From positions 47,833 through 87,208 of the forward strand of contig NW_003314371.1 in NCBI RefSeq assembly GCF_000143415.4: a DNA stretch of 39,376 nucleotides, given 5' to 3'. The DNA comes from Selaginella moellendorffii (Eukaryota > Plantae > Lycopodiophyta). A program made the translations under genes and the position numbers. This document shows, piece by piece, positions 1 to 13,810 of the stretch; positions within the stretch are counted from its first letter, which is position 1, and each line of letters opens with the position of its first letter. The notes below the pieces were generated by a model that had not been told where the DNA came from, made no database searches, and saw only the letters and a list, made by a program, of their open reading frames with translations.

Positions 1-1310
1 AGATGCCTCAAAGTAGGAGACTTTGTGGCAATCCAACAACAAATGGAGTGGAAGGAGTAGGATACAATGTGCCGTCCATTGGGGACATAGACTCGAGCAT
101 TCACAGCACTTACACTAGCGTGGGTAGAAGGGGACTTCAAGGTGTGGTTCGTTGCTTCACTGGAGCACAACACAGGACGACCTCTTCACGTTACCAAAGG
201 AGATATACTTCTCCCAACGAGTGACACACAAGTGATGTTGGATATCATTGATGACAAGGTACATGGGAGGATCTAAGTTCTTAGGCAAACGCCCAAGAGG
301 CTGGACATGGTGGAGTTAGAGGGCTTACTAGAGGGTGTTGGAACACTGCTATGGTGGCACCAACAACTGATAGAAGATCTAGACTAGGACCTTGCTGTAT
401 GGTGACAAGGGGCGAAAAGCTTCTTCTCCTATGAGGTTAAGGAAGCATGCAATGGACTGCTAACATCTAGAGAGGAGGCACGGGAGGAGATTCTAAGGCT
501 GTGGCAGAAGTGGATAGAACAAAGGGTGGATGTGGAGTAGGTGGTGGACAACACGGTTCACTTCTAGAAGTTGCCTGTGTAGGAGAAAGTGAAGGTCACT
601 TCGTGGCTGGTAGCCAATAACGATCTCTCGGTTGGACAGCATTTTCAAGATGATGTGAGTTGCACATGCAAGGAGTATGGCAGGATTGAAACAATCATGC
701 ATGCACTGTGGGAGTGCAATATTGCAAAGGAGGTATGGCAATATATTGTCAAGGACGTGAAGGAGTTGGGGGTTACACAGGAGTTTGAGGCTCATAGTGG
801 GGACATTCTCCACTAGTTTGAGGGAAGGGCCCACATAGCTAGGGGATCTAGGTCCACTGGGATGTGATTGGGGCAGAGATAAGAGTTCCTATGTGGGAAG
901 CTCTTGGCCATGCTCGATGGGCAATATGGCAAGTGACAGGGGTCCAAGCCTTGTGGGAAGCACGTAATTGGGTGCACTTTGATGGGATATAGGTTAGAGT
1001 ATCATAGATGATGGTGGAGTGGTGAAGACTTACACTAACAGCTCCACCATGCTATCCTTTGAGATAGGGGGAAGCTAGAGTGGCTAGACGAGTGGCAAAG
1101 AACATGTTTTGGTGATGGCGACTAAAAAGGAGTTCAATAGAGATGGTGCCCCCTAGAATCGATCTTGCAGTCTGCACAAAGGGGGGACTTGAACCTAGAT
1201 GTGGTATGACAGCAACGACTGCAGCCACTTCTACTTCAGACTTGGTGTCACTTGGGATGAGGGAGAGCTCCACTAGGTAGTGTGAGTTCAGGGTGGCATG
1301 CCCAATTTTT
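1..1310 (+). pseudogene. Degenerate LINE (L1-like) ORF2 3' remnant with zf-RVT-like zinc finger
   Basis: ORF 589-816 reads CTCKEYGRIETIMHALWECNIAKEVW (CxxC...ETxxHxxWxC motif of the LINE C-terminal zinc finger). Surrounding frames are Trp-rich and broken by stops. Boundaries approximate. Confidence 0.7.
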
Positions 1311-1359
1311 GTATTAGTCCTTATAAGACATTGGAGAATGTACATACACATTTCATTAA

Positions 1360-4300
1360 ATGCAAACTCTACATATGTATCTATGAACAGCATCATCTAG
1401 GATGTTTGGCATGACTCCCCATGTTGATGCACTAACTTATATCCAATGTGTATTACAGGTCACAACTTGGGAACCTAGTTCCTTTGAGCTTCCAAATCCT
1501 CTCACTTGACAAACTAGTTGATCAGCCTATGATCATGTATGAACTCCTCTATATTTGGCCCTTTGGGCCATCCTTTTTGAAGTCAACACCTATAACTATG
1601 TTCTTCTGACTTGCCAATTTTGCTTAACAAGTCACTTGATTAGTGTAATTCTATGCATAAGTTTGAAAGTCCTCAAACATTGACTTTCGTTCAAAGGCAT
1701 ATCTTTGAATGCTTGGGAACTATTTCCCCAACATTGATAGCTTTACCTCATGGCAAACTTCAAGGCCACATTTTTGTTACGCCACTTTGATTTGCATATT
1801 CCTGTGAACCATTCATATTTATATTTCTAAGTACCAACCTACCCAGAATTGTCTTTGGGAACATTGAAGGGACTTTACTCTTTAGTTTGTCAAGGCTTTC
1901 ACAAGCTTTTTAAGTGCCATATGGTTTACATAGGCAATTTTATACTTTAAACTCTTAATAACACTACAATACGCTTTCGAGCACTTATTTGATTCTCCAC
2001 CCCTAACTTATATAACCACCTTTGGTGATGCCTTTTGAATCCTATAGTTTAGTTTTATCCCTTTATTACTTGCTTTTGGCTTTACATATTCCCTTTGGTT
2101 ATTCTCTTCCAAGCTAGAAGGACTTTTTACCATGCTTTAGTAATTATTCTTAGGGATGAACCTACTTGATGGCCTAGAGAGTGGTTCCTCTATTTAGATA
2201 TGCTCATTTTGCAATCCTATAGACCAGGATTAATGTTGCTACTCATAGGCTTCTATATACTTGACATTAGCCTTGTTAAAATCTTTTTAGCTTTGTTCAA
2301 TTTAGATAACCGAACTTCTCTCATCTCTAGTTTTCCATAACCTTGGATATTGGATAACACCTCCTATCTATTATCCTTTAGGGACTTAGTCCTTTGGGCC
2401 TTATCTAATGCTTTTATGATACCAAACACCACTTCCTAGTGTTTTAGAGTTTTTATGTATCTTAATGATGGACTTTGTTTACAATGAGCATTTCTTTTTA
2501 CCACATTGATTAATTATATTGCAACATAAGTAATTTATCCTCTAAGGGATATCTTTAGCCTCCTTTTTATCCCAATAAAAAATCTTAAGAAGTTAACTTT
2601 TACCAATATAATCAATTATGCCACACTTTTTGCTTAATTGCATTATAGTCGTGAAATTCTACAACCCAACCTACCAATCCCATTTCCGTTGGGATTCCTT
2701 TAGTAAGGGGTTCCCATGAACCCACCAACTTGACTTTAAGGCAACATCCCTTGAGACATTTAGGGTCTCCACCCTATCTGCTCCACAAGCCTATCCTCAA
2801 GACATTATATGTCTAGGTTTTGCCAATACAAAAGTAATCATTTCTTATATTAACTATTGGTTAACACTACTTTATAATGTTTACACACAACTCTTTGTCA
2901 AAGTTGTTGTCTTTTGTAAACACCTTTTTACGACTTTAGTATAATATTTTCTGCCATCAATGAAATACCTATTGTTTTTATACTTGGATTTCATGATCCT
3001 CTCAGTCCTTCATAAAGTATAACACACATCCATCCAAATAAGATTCCTCTAAGCCTTTAGGACCATCTTTTAACTCTATTAAGTCATCTAACTTTTGGAC
3101 TTTGTTAATCTAACGTCCCATAAAGTCTTAGCCTTTTGACTATTTTTGAAGTGCCACCACACTTGAATGCAATTTCTTATATTTGCATCTTATTCATAAA
3201 GACTATCTTTGCAAATGTTACTCTGACACTTATTAATCCTTTGTTCTACATGGGCTATTTTTGCCCTTTAGAATTATTTTTCTATATGATAAGAATACCA
3301 AATCATCCTTTTAGTACACCCCCCAATTCCTTAGGTTATTCCGACCTTTATTAAAAGTAGCCCTAGCTACCTATATGTCCTTCTCCATATTTAACCTTTT
3401 ATAGTCATTAGCTTTAATGAGCACCATCCTCAACCATATGAGGATAATCCTGTGACTCCTTTATTCTCTTAGAGTCTTTATCTTTCCCATGATCTCAACT
3501 ATAATTTTTTTTATCACAACCACATTAACCAATTTACTAAGTCAAAGGTTCATATAGATCACATCCTTAACCCTCTAAGGAAAACCTTTTATTGTTCCCA
3601 AAATCCCAAAATCATTTTTTTATTAGCCCCTTTCTATCCACCACATTACCTACATATTCATGTATGAATTAAAGTGGAGAGTCATACTTTCTCGACATGC
3701 TACTCCTCAAGTATAACCCCATTCCTAGGACTTTCAAATGTCAATATCAAATAGTGATATACTTAATTAACAATAAGAGTCAGACCAAATTGTATGTGAC
3801 TAAATTTTCCATTCTACTTTAATCACTTAACCACACTTTTGACCACTTAGAGGAGTCTCACCCACAACCTCCATAAATCCTATTCCTGACTTGGGGACAT
3901 GCTAGCCCCATAAATGGCATTTATGCCACTCAGCCTTTGCAGTTAGTCCAAGTGTTCCATGTGTTTGATCCCATGATAGACACCTTAAAGGTACTACTTA
4001 TATATTAGTTCGTTACACTAAAGCCATGCCTATTTACCCTTGTCTCATTAGCAGTTCAAAACCACCCATATTATAGTCTTGTTTCTCAAAGAATGAGCCA
4101 TTTGGTCATCCTAGGACCACACTTTAGCATCTTTAGGATATTTGGAGACATGGGAAACACCCTTCCCCATTGTCCTTTCTTCGATCCCTATCAAATCCCT
4201 CTTCATTCACGGCCGTGCTCGCTAGGTAAAGCCCCAAAAGCTTGACTACTAAGTCTTATTGACCTTTGGGATTTCCTCACCACGTGACCATGCTTTTGGT

Positions 4301-4430
4301 CATTATATAAAAGGATTGTTCCTTTTCTTTTTTACAATTTAGGACTTTGGGACAACATTTTGAAACACCATAACCCTACTTGGGTGGCACTACTTTGTGT
4401 GCCACATCCACCACTTGAGAAATATAGTTT
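1360..4430 (-). mobile_element. Old, diverged inverted partial copy of the non-autonomous LTR element at 9879-17501 (part of 5' LTR plus internal region)
   Basis: Reverse complement matches ~11000-14190 colinearly. 1401-1440 matches 14111-14150, and ~3790-3860 matches the LTR end and PBS remnant at 11570-11645. Heavily C>T/G>A decayed. Confidence 0.85.
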
Positions 4431-7250
4431 GGTCGAAGGATGTTCCAAGATAGAATGTCACCTTGTAAAGGGGCAACCCATTAGGCAAGTCAAAGAACTT
4501 GAGATTGATGTTGAAGGTATTGTTCATTCCCAATCCTCACATCCATTTATGGAACATAAAGACTCTCGATTCACGTCGTTGGGAAGTTGAAAGTAGTCCC
4601 CAATAACTATTTCCACATTGCCAACACTTCCCATATGAGAAAGAGGGCGAACCTAAATAGTGTTCAAAACCAAGAAATATTAAAGTTAATACATGTTTTA
4701 TTTCATACTTGTTTGTGTGAAGCCAATGAAGACAACTCTTGGAGGTCATCCTTTGTAGCAATGGAGAGGGATGGAAAAAATGCATTTGTACATCAGCATA
4801 TAGAGTGCTAGCTATTTTCTTTGACATCTACAATCAAATTACAATAAGCAAGGTCATTGGAAATCAAGTTCTTACTCTCTTGAACATCCTCGGTATGGAG
4901 TTGTCTTCGTACATTTCAAGCTGTTGGGGCTGGACGAGCAGTGGCAATAGAACCTGGGGAATGAGCAACTGTAGTAGGATGAGATGGGGCAAGAGAGTTT
5001 TCAATTGGGTTCTCCACTTGTCCCTCTTCGGTTTGCTCAATATGAATCTCCTCCTTGTCCTAAAGCATCTCCACTCCCTCCAAAAGTGCCTCTACAATAA
5101 AGTAGAAACATAAATTACTGCAAGGAAGTTTTACTCATCAAACCTAGATGACACTTGAGGTAGAGATCAAGCTCAAAAGGTGACAATGGCATTTGCCTCC
5201 ACAACTCCAAGTACTATGGACAAAATTCTCACTCCCATGCAGTGGTACAATGGAACTCCAACTCATACATGCCAAGCTTCTTTCTACTAGTTAAGAGCTT
5301 GAGAAAAACACTTGCTATGTATACTAGATCACCTGGGCAATGATTTAAACACCTACAAAAGAGCCATGATTAAATAAGCAAGTCAATTTCTTGCAATATA
5401 TCTATATGCCATGTGGCGTGAGAAAAATGGTTGGCCCAGCTGGTTCTTGAACCCCATGGAGCATAAGCTACCATCAGGAAGCCATCCATCCCCAAGCTCT
5501 TGAAAGAAAGTTTGGACATATTCCTGAAGTTTTATGCCAATGCGAGCATTGGTAAGAAACTTCGTATCCCATGCTTGAAGTAGCTTCTCAGTAGCCACAA
5601 TACTCTGAGTGATATAAAGTTTCTCCTTCATCACATTTTCAAACTTGCTCTCTAGCCTCATGTTATTGTTACAATGCCAAGTATTGAAGAGCTCCAAGTA
5701 AAAGTTCATTGAAGGAGAGCTTTATTTTTGTGATGTTATAGATCAATTCTTCAGGTGTTTTACCATTTTTTACAAGGACAAGAATTTCAAAGTGGAATGA
5801 GAAAGATAAACGAGACTTACTACTATGAGAGTATATCTTTGCAATATAATCCAGCTAATCTTTATCGCATTTTATATCCACAATCACAAGTAGCTTCTTC
5901 ACCTTTAACTTCTTCAAGTTCAAAATATGCAGCTCAATTTGTCACAGTTTAAGGTTCTTTTGGCCCTCATCGCATAATTTTCAGGTATGAGTTTTGCTCT
6001 ACCTTGACAATTGGCTAAAAGGAAAACTTGTATATAGAAAACACAAGTTCATGCAAGAGAAGAATACCTTTGCCCAAACCGCAACCAAAAAATCCATAGG
6101 CACTTGATACCAAGTAAACAACTCTTAGCCTTTACGTGCTACAAGCTTTGCTTAAACTACTTCCATAACCTCACAACTATATAGCATCTGGATTTCTCAA
6201 GAGAGAGCATACCAACATATCGAAGGTGCTCGATATCATGAACAAGGTATGTGCTTGGAAAGCAAACTGATTAAACCTGTAATATAAGTGGTGAGAACAA
6301 AGGCTACTAATAAGGGATTCTTACATGTTGATCTTGTGACATTCCAAGTTGAGCCTCCAGGTTGGTTTTGATCCTCTACCTCCACAAGTATCACTAGAAC
6401 ACAAATATATTGCTTATCATCATCTTGGAACTTCTCTTGGATATCCTCCAAAACACTAGCCACTGGTGGTTTCCATCAATAATGAAGAATAGCTAGCCTA
6501 CAAAGGCTTATATCTCCTTGTAGCACACCATCAAAATATCAAACTCTTGAGATTTCCTTTGTTATATCTAATCCCAAGTCTACTTGATCTTGTGAGTAAC
6601 CATGTCTATGCAATTTGTTCTAGGGAATGATGATGACACAATAAATGATCCACCAGTGTGCCCAAGTCCAACCTCTGTGAAAGAGGTATAAATAGCCATG
6701 TTGAGGTTGTAGGCTAAGTGCACCCAATGACTCTGCTTGAGACAGCAAAGTGGAATTTGAAGATTTTGGGATCCTTTCCAACCTATTTCACCTAACACGT
6801 TGCTGATAGTTCATTCTTGAGCCTGGACAATAGTCTCACATACTCGCTCATTCAAGATCATATCAACCTCTAGCATAGTTACCACCTCATTTTTATGACC
6901 TTCAACACTAATGATATGTCTGCCATTTCTACCACTAAGATCTACCCCACCACCTATGGCACCAGGTGTTGCATTTTCACCACCACCACCAACTTCTCCT
7001 ATGCTATAGGTAGGTTTTGCATTTCCACGCTCTCTAGAACCATATGGCTTTTGCATGTTGACATCTAGATCAGGATCAACCATTACTTAGATTTGGACAC
7101 CACTGCTCCCACTATGGTTTTCCTCTGAAAAAACTCCTTGAACTTGTGAAGTGTCCTTAGTGAATCTAGCACAATGATCTAGTCTTTTTCCTAGAGAACA
7201 GGTCTATTAAGGTTGACCAGCACGCTTCTTTTGTTATGGCATGATTTATG
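4430..7250 (-). pseudogene. Highly degenerate coding remnant, possibly a MULE/SWIM-type transposase
   Basis: Only weak motifs: NNNMRLES (NNxxES-like) in ORF 5383-5709 and a frameshifted GVP-C-like SWIM fragment near 5240-5275. Many stops. Confidence 0.3.
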
Positions 7251-7309
7251 TGTTTACATAAAAATGACAAAAACACTTTGAGTAAACATTTAAAAAACAT
7301 TGGGAAGAA

Positions 7310-7620
7310 AAAATAGGAGTGATTTCTTTAGTATTGGATAGATTAATTCACCACTGAACCAATCTTCTAGCACCAAGGGAACAAAATAAAAAAAAAAAGG
7401 AGCACCTCCCTTAGTGCTAGGATCAATTTGGCAGCGAACTAATCTTTCAACACCAAGGGAATAAAAAAATAGAAAAAAAGGAGTAGTTCCCTTAGCACTA
7501 GGAAGATCCGTTCACTACTGAAATAATCTTAAAGCACCAAGAGAATAACAAGAAAAAAAAAGCCCAAAATTTGATGTGCTAGGAAGATCGGTTTACCGCC
7601 AAACCGATCATTCCAGCAAG
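7310..7620. repeat. Degenerate tandem repeat (~80-90 bp unit, 3-4 copies), each unit with a stem-loop around an A-rich loop
   Basis: Recurring (ct)agcaccaaggga-A-rich-tcccttag(t/c)(g/a)ctag units at ~7367, ~7450 and ~7530. Confidence 0.6.
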
Positions 7621-7853
7621 AAGAAGCTGTGAGATGCAAGTTGTTGGCAAGCTAGGAGCAAGAGATAAGGAGATGGAAAAGCAGTAGGTAGGGAGATTGA
7701 GAGGCATACCTCGATTGAGGAGTGTCTTTCTAGTGTCTTGAAAAGCATATAACGTCTAAATTGAGGAGCATCTTGAAGCACATTGCGAGATTCAAGTGCT
7801 TTTCTCTCACCCTTCCTTGCTCAAACCCTAGCTATAAAACCCTAAAAATTAAC

Positions 7854-7901
7854 AGTCACGATCAATAGTCACAATCAATAGTCATGATCAATGGTTATGA
7901 T
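7854..7901. repeat. 13-bp tandem repeat (agtcacgatcaat), ~4 degenerate copies
   Basis: agtcacgatcaat-agtcacaatcaat-agtcatgatcaat-ggttatgat read directly. Confidence 0.75.
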
Positions 7902-8086
7902 TTTCATTCGGCGATTGCTTCCTAGATTCTAGTGATAAGTCAATTTTTTAACAGTACTTTAATTTCCCAAATGGTAGGATATATTTATTGAATAAATCCA
8001 CTATAAACATAGATTTGACATGTTCTTTCCAAGGACACAATCATTCAATACTTTAGATATTAAAATATGTGTAATTGATTGTGAGA

Positions 8087-8416
8087 TGTTGAAATGAATG
8101 GGGTTATAAGCAAGAGGTGTTGATTAATCACGAGTTGTAGCGTTGATAACTTGTTCTCCCTCTCATCTTCCCTTCAAGAGAGTTTCATTTTTTTTGTGAC
8201 AAGTGAGAAAGAGGTGAGAGTGATAAATGAGATAAGTGAGAGAAAAAACTGCTTATGAACCAACCTCTCTAAGCTTGACTTTCTCTCACTTGTCACAAAA
8301 GAATGAAACTCTCTTGAAGGGAAGAGAACATGGAGATGAGAGGAGAACAAATTATCAACACTACAACTCTCGTGATTAATCAGCACCTCTCGCTCATAAC
8401 CCCATTCATTTCAACA
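8087..8416. repeat. Foldback / MITE-like long inverted repeat
   Basis: The arm at ~8087-8213 (tgttgaaatgaatggggttat...gtgacaagtgaga) is the imperfect reverse complement of ~8283-8416 (tctcacttgtcac...ataaccccattcatttcaaca). TG...CA ends; no clear TSD. Confidence 0.85.
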
Positions 8417-9878
8417 GTATTATTCCTTTCACAATCAATTATACAATTAATATGGGTGGCTCTTTAAGATTTTCATATATCTCTAGATTCTTAACAGTTA
8501 TATATTTTGTTAAAATAATTAACTCATCCTTTGTAAGGACATAGCTAATTAAAGTTCACAATATAGAAGAATATCTTTATTCTTTCTTCTAAGTTTCTCC
8601 TTAAATTTTTTCTAAATGCTTGAGCAAGGAGAAGATATAAGAGAATTTAGTTCGATCAAAAGCCTCCAATTTTTTAATTTAAGAGTGTTATTGGAAAGGG
8701 CTTCCTTTGCAAAAGATTCAAGCTAAAGCCAAGATCAGTTAGTTTGGAGAATATATATCACAATAAGGGTAAGCAAATAGAGAAATCCATTATTCTCGGT
8801 AGTGTTGTGGGAAAGAATGGGATTTAGTGGGATCTTGATAGATGTATAAGTTAGGAGGTTCTAATTGTAGAATCTTCGAAGTGAGGAGAGGAGAAGATAT
8901 CAATTTCATAGCCAATTGCATAAGGAGTGAAGGATGAAGTTGTTATTCTCTCTAGCAATGAAAATAAAGAAGATGAGTTTTTGGACTTCCAAATAAGGAG
9001 GTGCATTCTTTCTAAATTGGTTTTTGATACAATAAATAAGGCATTTTGGCAATCTTAATCATTATGGCTGAAATTGAAGGAGTTTGAGTACATGAAAGGT
9101 GAGGAGCTTTTGTCTTCCTATAATGGAAATATATACTTCAAATTTCCACTAGCCAGTTCATCAAACAAGAAGAAGGGCATGGAGACACATCTTGATCCAC
9201 ATAATTAGTGTAGAGTAAAGATGACCAATTTATCCCATTTTGACAGATCCATGTCTATAGTCCATTGTGGTGGACAACTTGAGTGTATCATTGAGAAATA
9301 CATTTCTAATCATGTATAGTGCACGTGGTTTTTACCCTTTACCCTATGGTGATTTACCATAAAATAACCATGAAGCAAAATGTAAACCCTTCATATGCCA
9401 TATGTCGCATGCCACATGTCCTAAGGACAGTGGTGTGGAACCCAAGTTTTAGGGCATTAGGCCATTGAATGAGAACGGAGCCAAACTCCTAAACATGGAG
9501 CCAAAGAGCAAAAAAACTGGAGCATGGAGTGACTCCCAAGTGTTTAGCTCAAGAAACAAAAGGACAGGAGTACGGAGTGACTTGGAATAGTCCTATAGCA
9601 TTTAACATCCCAATGCTAGGACCAACACGCAAAATGGAGCCAAATGGAGTTTGACGCTATTTCAGCATCTGGGGGCTTAACACAAGGATATATGTACTCC
9701 ACCAATTGGTATGGTGTGAAATTTGGGTTTAGACCTAAGCCAAACGCAGAACAAGGACAAGCACATAAACAGGAGCTAGGCTATGCCTCAGGTTAGTTAA
9801 CCATACCCAACCTACCCACTATCCCTACTATATATTTGGAACCCCCCACAGCCATCTGTAAGGAACCAACTCTCTGAG

Positions 9879-10498
9879 TGTGAGACACAAAATCCCTAGG
9901 CCCCAAAGTGGAGCCGAAAAGGGTGCCACGTGGTAGTGGCTGAAGCGAGAGCCAAACGAGCGTAACACGTTTGGACCAAAAGCTCCGACTTGAAAAGTCA
10001 AGAGCGGGAGTGGAACTCCCAACGAAGTGCTCGAGGAACGAGCACGAAGCGAGCAAAAGGCGAGGCTCCAAAAAGGGACCCGAGTTGGAGTCTGAAGTGG
10101 AGTCCGAGATGGACCCGAGTTGGAGTCCGAAGTGGAGTCCGAGATGGACCCGAGTTGGAGTCCGAAGTGGAGTCCGAGATGGACCCGAGATGGAGTCCGA
10201 GATGGAGTCCGAAGTGGAGTCCGAGGTGGACCCGAGATGGACCCGAGTTGGAGTCCGAAGTGGAGTCCGAGATGGACCCGAGATGGAGTCCGAGATGGAG
10301 TCCGAGATGGAGTCCGAGATGGAGTCCGAGGTGGACCCGAGATGGACCCGAAATGGAGTCTGAGATGGAGTCCGAGATGGACCCGAGATGGAACCCGAGA
10401 TGGAGTCCGAGATGGACCCGAGATGGACCCGAGATGGAGTCTGAGATGGAGTCCGAGATGGAGTCCGAGATGGAGTCCGAAGTCGAGACCGAGACCGG

Positions 10499-10530
<32 letters not shown>

Positions 10531-11639
10531 TCGGGACCGAGACCGAGACCGAGGCCGAGGCCGAGACCGAGCCCGAGCCCGAGTCCGAGTCCGAATCCAA
10601 GTCCGAGTCCGAGTCTGAGTCCGAGTCCGAGTCCGGAGCCTGAGAGGGTGAAAGCCCAAAGCGTTCGTCTCCCAGACCCTGGGGGGTTTGGTGAGCTCCA
10701 AAAGTATAGTAGGGGGAGGACTGCAGTGGAGCCAGTTTGGCCAGGAAAGGCCAGTTTGGCCCAGGAAGGCCGGACCCAGTGTTGGGTGATGAGCTGCCCA
10801 CTGGGAAGTCCAAGACTAGAGTGAACACGGACCGACAAGCGGGGTAGCTTGGTGAAGTGTTCAAGAGCCGGCTCTAGTTCCCCCGGGAGATCGACTGGCC
10901 GATGCTCCCAGTCCAAGTGTGGGTGGCACTACCTACTTGGATACCAGGCGTGGCTCAACGGAACCTCGCTCTAAGCCCATGGCTAGAGCACCTAAAGGCG
11001 AAAGGTGGGGAGAGTACCCAGGTGGCTCGCGTAAGGCCACGGTGTTTCGAAATGGTGTCCCAAAGTCCCAGACTGTGGAAAGGAAGAGGGGTAGCCCTCT
11101 GGTGGGGTAGCCAAGGACACAGTCACACAGTGAGGAAGTCCTCGAGGATAGTGGGACTTAGTGGTCGAGCCGGTGGGCCTTGATCCAGTGGCAGTGTTGG
11201 CGAACACAGCCAAGGACAAAAAGGGACTTGGTGGAGACCGGAACAGAGATATTGGGGAAGGCTATTCCCCATGTCTGTAGGCATCCTAAGGATGTTAAGG
11301 AGTGGATCTGGGATGATCCCTCATGGACGAATGACCCAGTCTTTGAGAGACGGGATTGGAATGCAGGTGGTGTTGGACCACCAGTGTGACCAAGGTAATT
11401 GGGCATGGCCTTAGCGTAACGGGCCGATACGTCGGTGGTACCTTGGGGTGTCGATCATGGGATCGGACACGTGGAGCACTTGGACCAAGTGCTAAGGTTG
11501 AGTGGCATGGATGCCATTCTCGGGGCTAGCAAGCCCCAAGTCCTGAGTTGGACTTATGGAGGTTGTGAATGAGACTCCTCCAAGTGGTCAGAGGTGTGGT
11601 TAAGTGACTAAAGTAGAATGGAAAAATTAGTCGCTTACA
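9879..11639 (+). repeat. 5' LTR (1761 bp) with internal 11/12-bp (ccgagatggac/ccgagatggagt) and 6-bp (ccgaga/ccgagt) tandem arrays
   Basis: tgtgagacac...gtcgcttaca; near-identical to 15741-17501 (about 9 transition differences seen by eye). Confidence 0.95.
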
Positions 11640-11642
11640 ATT

Positions 11643-11654
11643 TGGTATCGGAGC
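11643..11654 (+). promoter_or_regulatory. Primer binding site, tRNA-iMet type (one mismatch)
   Basis: tggtatcggagc, 3 nt after the LTR end; canonical sequence is tggtatcagagc. Confidence 0.85.
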
Positions 11655-11749
11655 TGTTCCTTAGTCCGACTTTTATTGGTGCTCAAGTATATCACCACTA
11701 GTGTTGGCATCGGAAGGTCCGAGGAGTGGGCCTATCCTTGAGGAGTAGC

Positions 11750-13810
11750 AAGTCGGGAAGACATGGCTCTCCATTACAGTTCATGTGTGAACTTGTAGAC
11801 GAGGTGGTGGATAGAAAAGGGCCAATAATGGAACGACTTTGGGATCTTGGGAACAGTATATGGTTTTCCTCAAAGAGTTGAGGATGTGATCCAGATGAGC
11901 GTTTGACTTAGCAAACTGGCTAATGTAGTTGTGGTAAACAACTACAGTTGGGATCACGGGAAAGGTAAAGACTCCAAAGCAATAAAGGAGTCATAAGATT
12001 TTCCTCATATAGTTGAGGTTGGTGCTCATGAATGTGAGACCAGAAGTAATGACCGTGGGAGGTCAAATACGGAAAAGGACTCAAGTCCTTGAAAAGGTAG
12101 CCGGGGCTACCTCTAATAAATGCTGGAACAACCCAAGGAGTTGGGGGTGTATTAAGTGGATGAGTTGGTGTTCTCATCACATGGACAAGTAGTCCTAAGG
12201 GGCAAAGGTTGCCCCCAGAGAACAAAATCAAGTGTCGGAGTAACACTTGTGAAAATAGTCCTTTTGAGTAGGACAGGAATGCAAGAAGTGTATTCCAGTG
12301 AGCTAGTGCCTCACAAGTAGGACCTTACGGGTCTGTGGATTAACCAAGTCCAAAACTGCTGGATGACTCAAGTAGAGTCAACGGATGGTCCTAAAAGGAC
12401 TGATGGAAGCATTTGGACTGAGGTGTGTTGTACCCCACAAAGGATGGGGGGGGATCATAGGATCCAAGGATGAGAATAGAGGGTATCTCATCGATGGCAA
12501 AATGTGCCATGCTAAAGTTATGGGAAAGGTGTTCCCAGAAGAAAACAACTTTGACATAAAGTTGTATGTGACCTCTATGGTGCAGTGCTAACGGATGGTT
12601 GGCATGAGAAAGAGCGGTGTTGGTCTTGGCAAAGACTTAGACACGAAGGGGAAATGTCATAGAGGTAGGCTCGTGGAGCCGATGGTGTGAAAACACCAAA
12701 TGTGCCAAGGTGTGGTACCTTGAGGCTATGTTGGTGGGTTCATGAGAACCCCTTGCCAAAGGAATCCCAATGGAAATGGGAATAGCATAGCCTAAGCTGC
12801 AGAGCATGTAGTTGGAGTGTGGTGACCCAGATAATGATGGAAGTGTGAAAGCACCAAGCAATGAGTTGTAGAACTTGACAACTATGAGGCAACTAAGCAA
12901 GAGGTGCAAAATAACTGGTTAAACGGGTAGAAGGTAGCTACCCAAGACTTCTTAATAGCATAGGGAAGTTGGATATACCCTTACGGGGGATAAGTTGCTT
13001 GTGTTGCGATATAGTAAGTCAATGTCATAAAAGGAAATACTCATTGTCAAGAAAGCCATCATTGGGACACCCGAACACTCTAGAACACCAGAAGGTGGTG
13101 TTTGATGTCGCGAGGGCAATGGATAAAGCCCAAGGGACTAAGTCCCTAGCGAATGATGGATAGAAGGTGCTATCCAAATGTCCAAGGTTGCGGAGACAGA
13201 AGAGGACTGTCTACCCGAGTTGGACAAAGCCAAAAATGGAATTTTGGCAAGGCTAGTGATGGGCATGCAAAGGCCCATAAGCAACAATGTAATCCCAGTG
13301 TGTGGGATTATAAGGTGAGCATACCCGGATTGAGGAACCACTCCCTAGGCTATTGGGTAGGTTCATCCCTAAGAATACTTGCTAAAGCATGATAGAAAGT
13401 GCAAAGCTATCCTCCTGGTTTGGAGGAGAATGACCAAAGGAAAGGTGTGAAGCCAAAAAGCAAGAAGTAAGGGGATAGAACCGAACCGTAGGAATCAAAG
13501 GGCATAACCAAGGTTGGTTATGCCAGCTGGGAGTGGAGAATCAAGTGGGGGCTCGAGGGTGTTGCTGCTAGCAATCGTGATGCCATGGAGAGTCTAAAAT
13601 ATGGAATTGTCCATGTTAGACTATGTGGCATTTGGAAGGCTTGCAAAAAGGGAGGCCTTAGCAAGCTGAGGGACAGAGTTCCTTCAAGGTTCCCAAAGGC
13701 GATTCTAGGTAGCTTAGTACCTAGAAAGGCCAAGTGTAAATGGTTCATGGAACGCGCGAAATCAGAGTGGCGTAGCAGAAGCGTGGTCTTGAAGCTTGCC
13801 ATGAGGCAAG
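11750..13810 (-). pseudogene. Decayed Gypsy pol (RT-RNaseH-INT) in antisense to the enclosing LTR element
   Basis: Minus-strand relic motifs in pol order: KLPRIAFGNLEG (PLPRI..L.G, ~13700), LVMPFD (LVMPFG, ~13500), LAKIPFLALSN (L..APVLALPD, ~13240), SRSIIGPF (RYxGPF, ~11820). Confidence 0.6.

Noticed and set aside
8500-9800. Possible further retroelement remnants
   Set aside because: Too degenerate to assign by eye; only hints of LTR or zinc-knuckle-like sequence.
9793-10916. Long overlapping ORFs rich in SR, GL and MESE repeats (also 15640-16778, 18395-19078, 24575-24889, 33619-33933)
   Set aside because: Artefacts of stop-free tandem repeats inside LTRs; open in nearly all frames.
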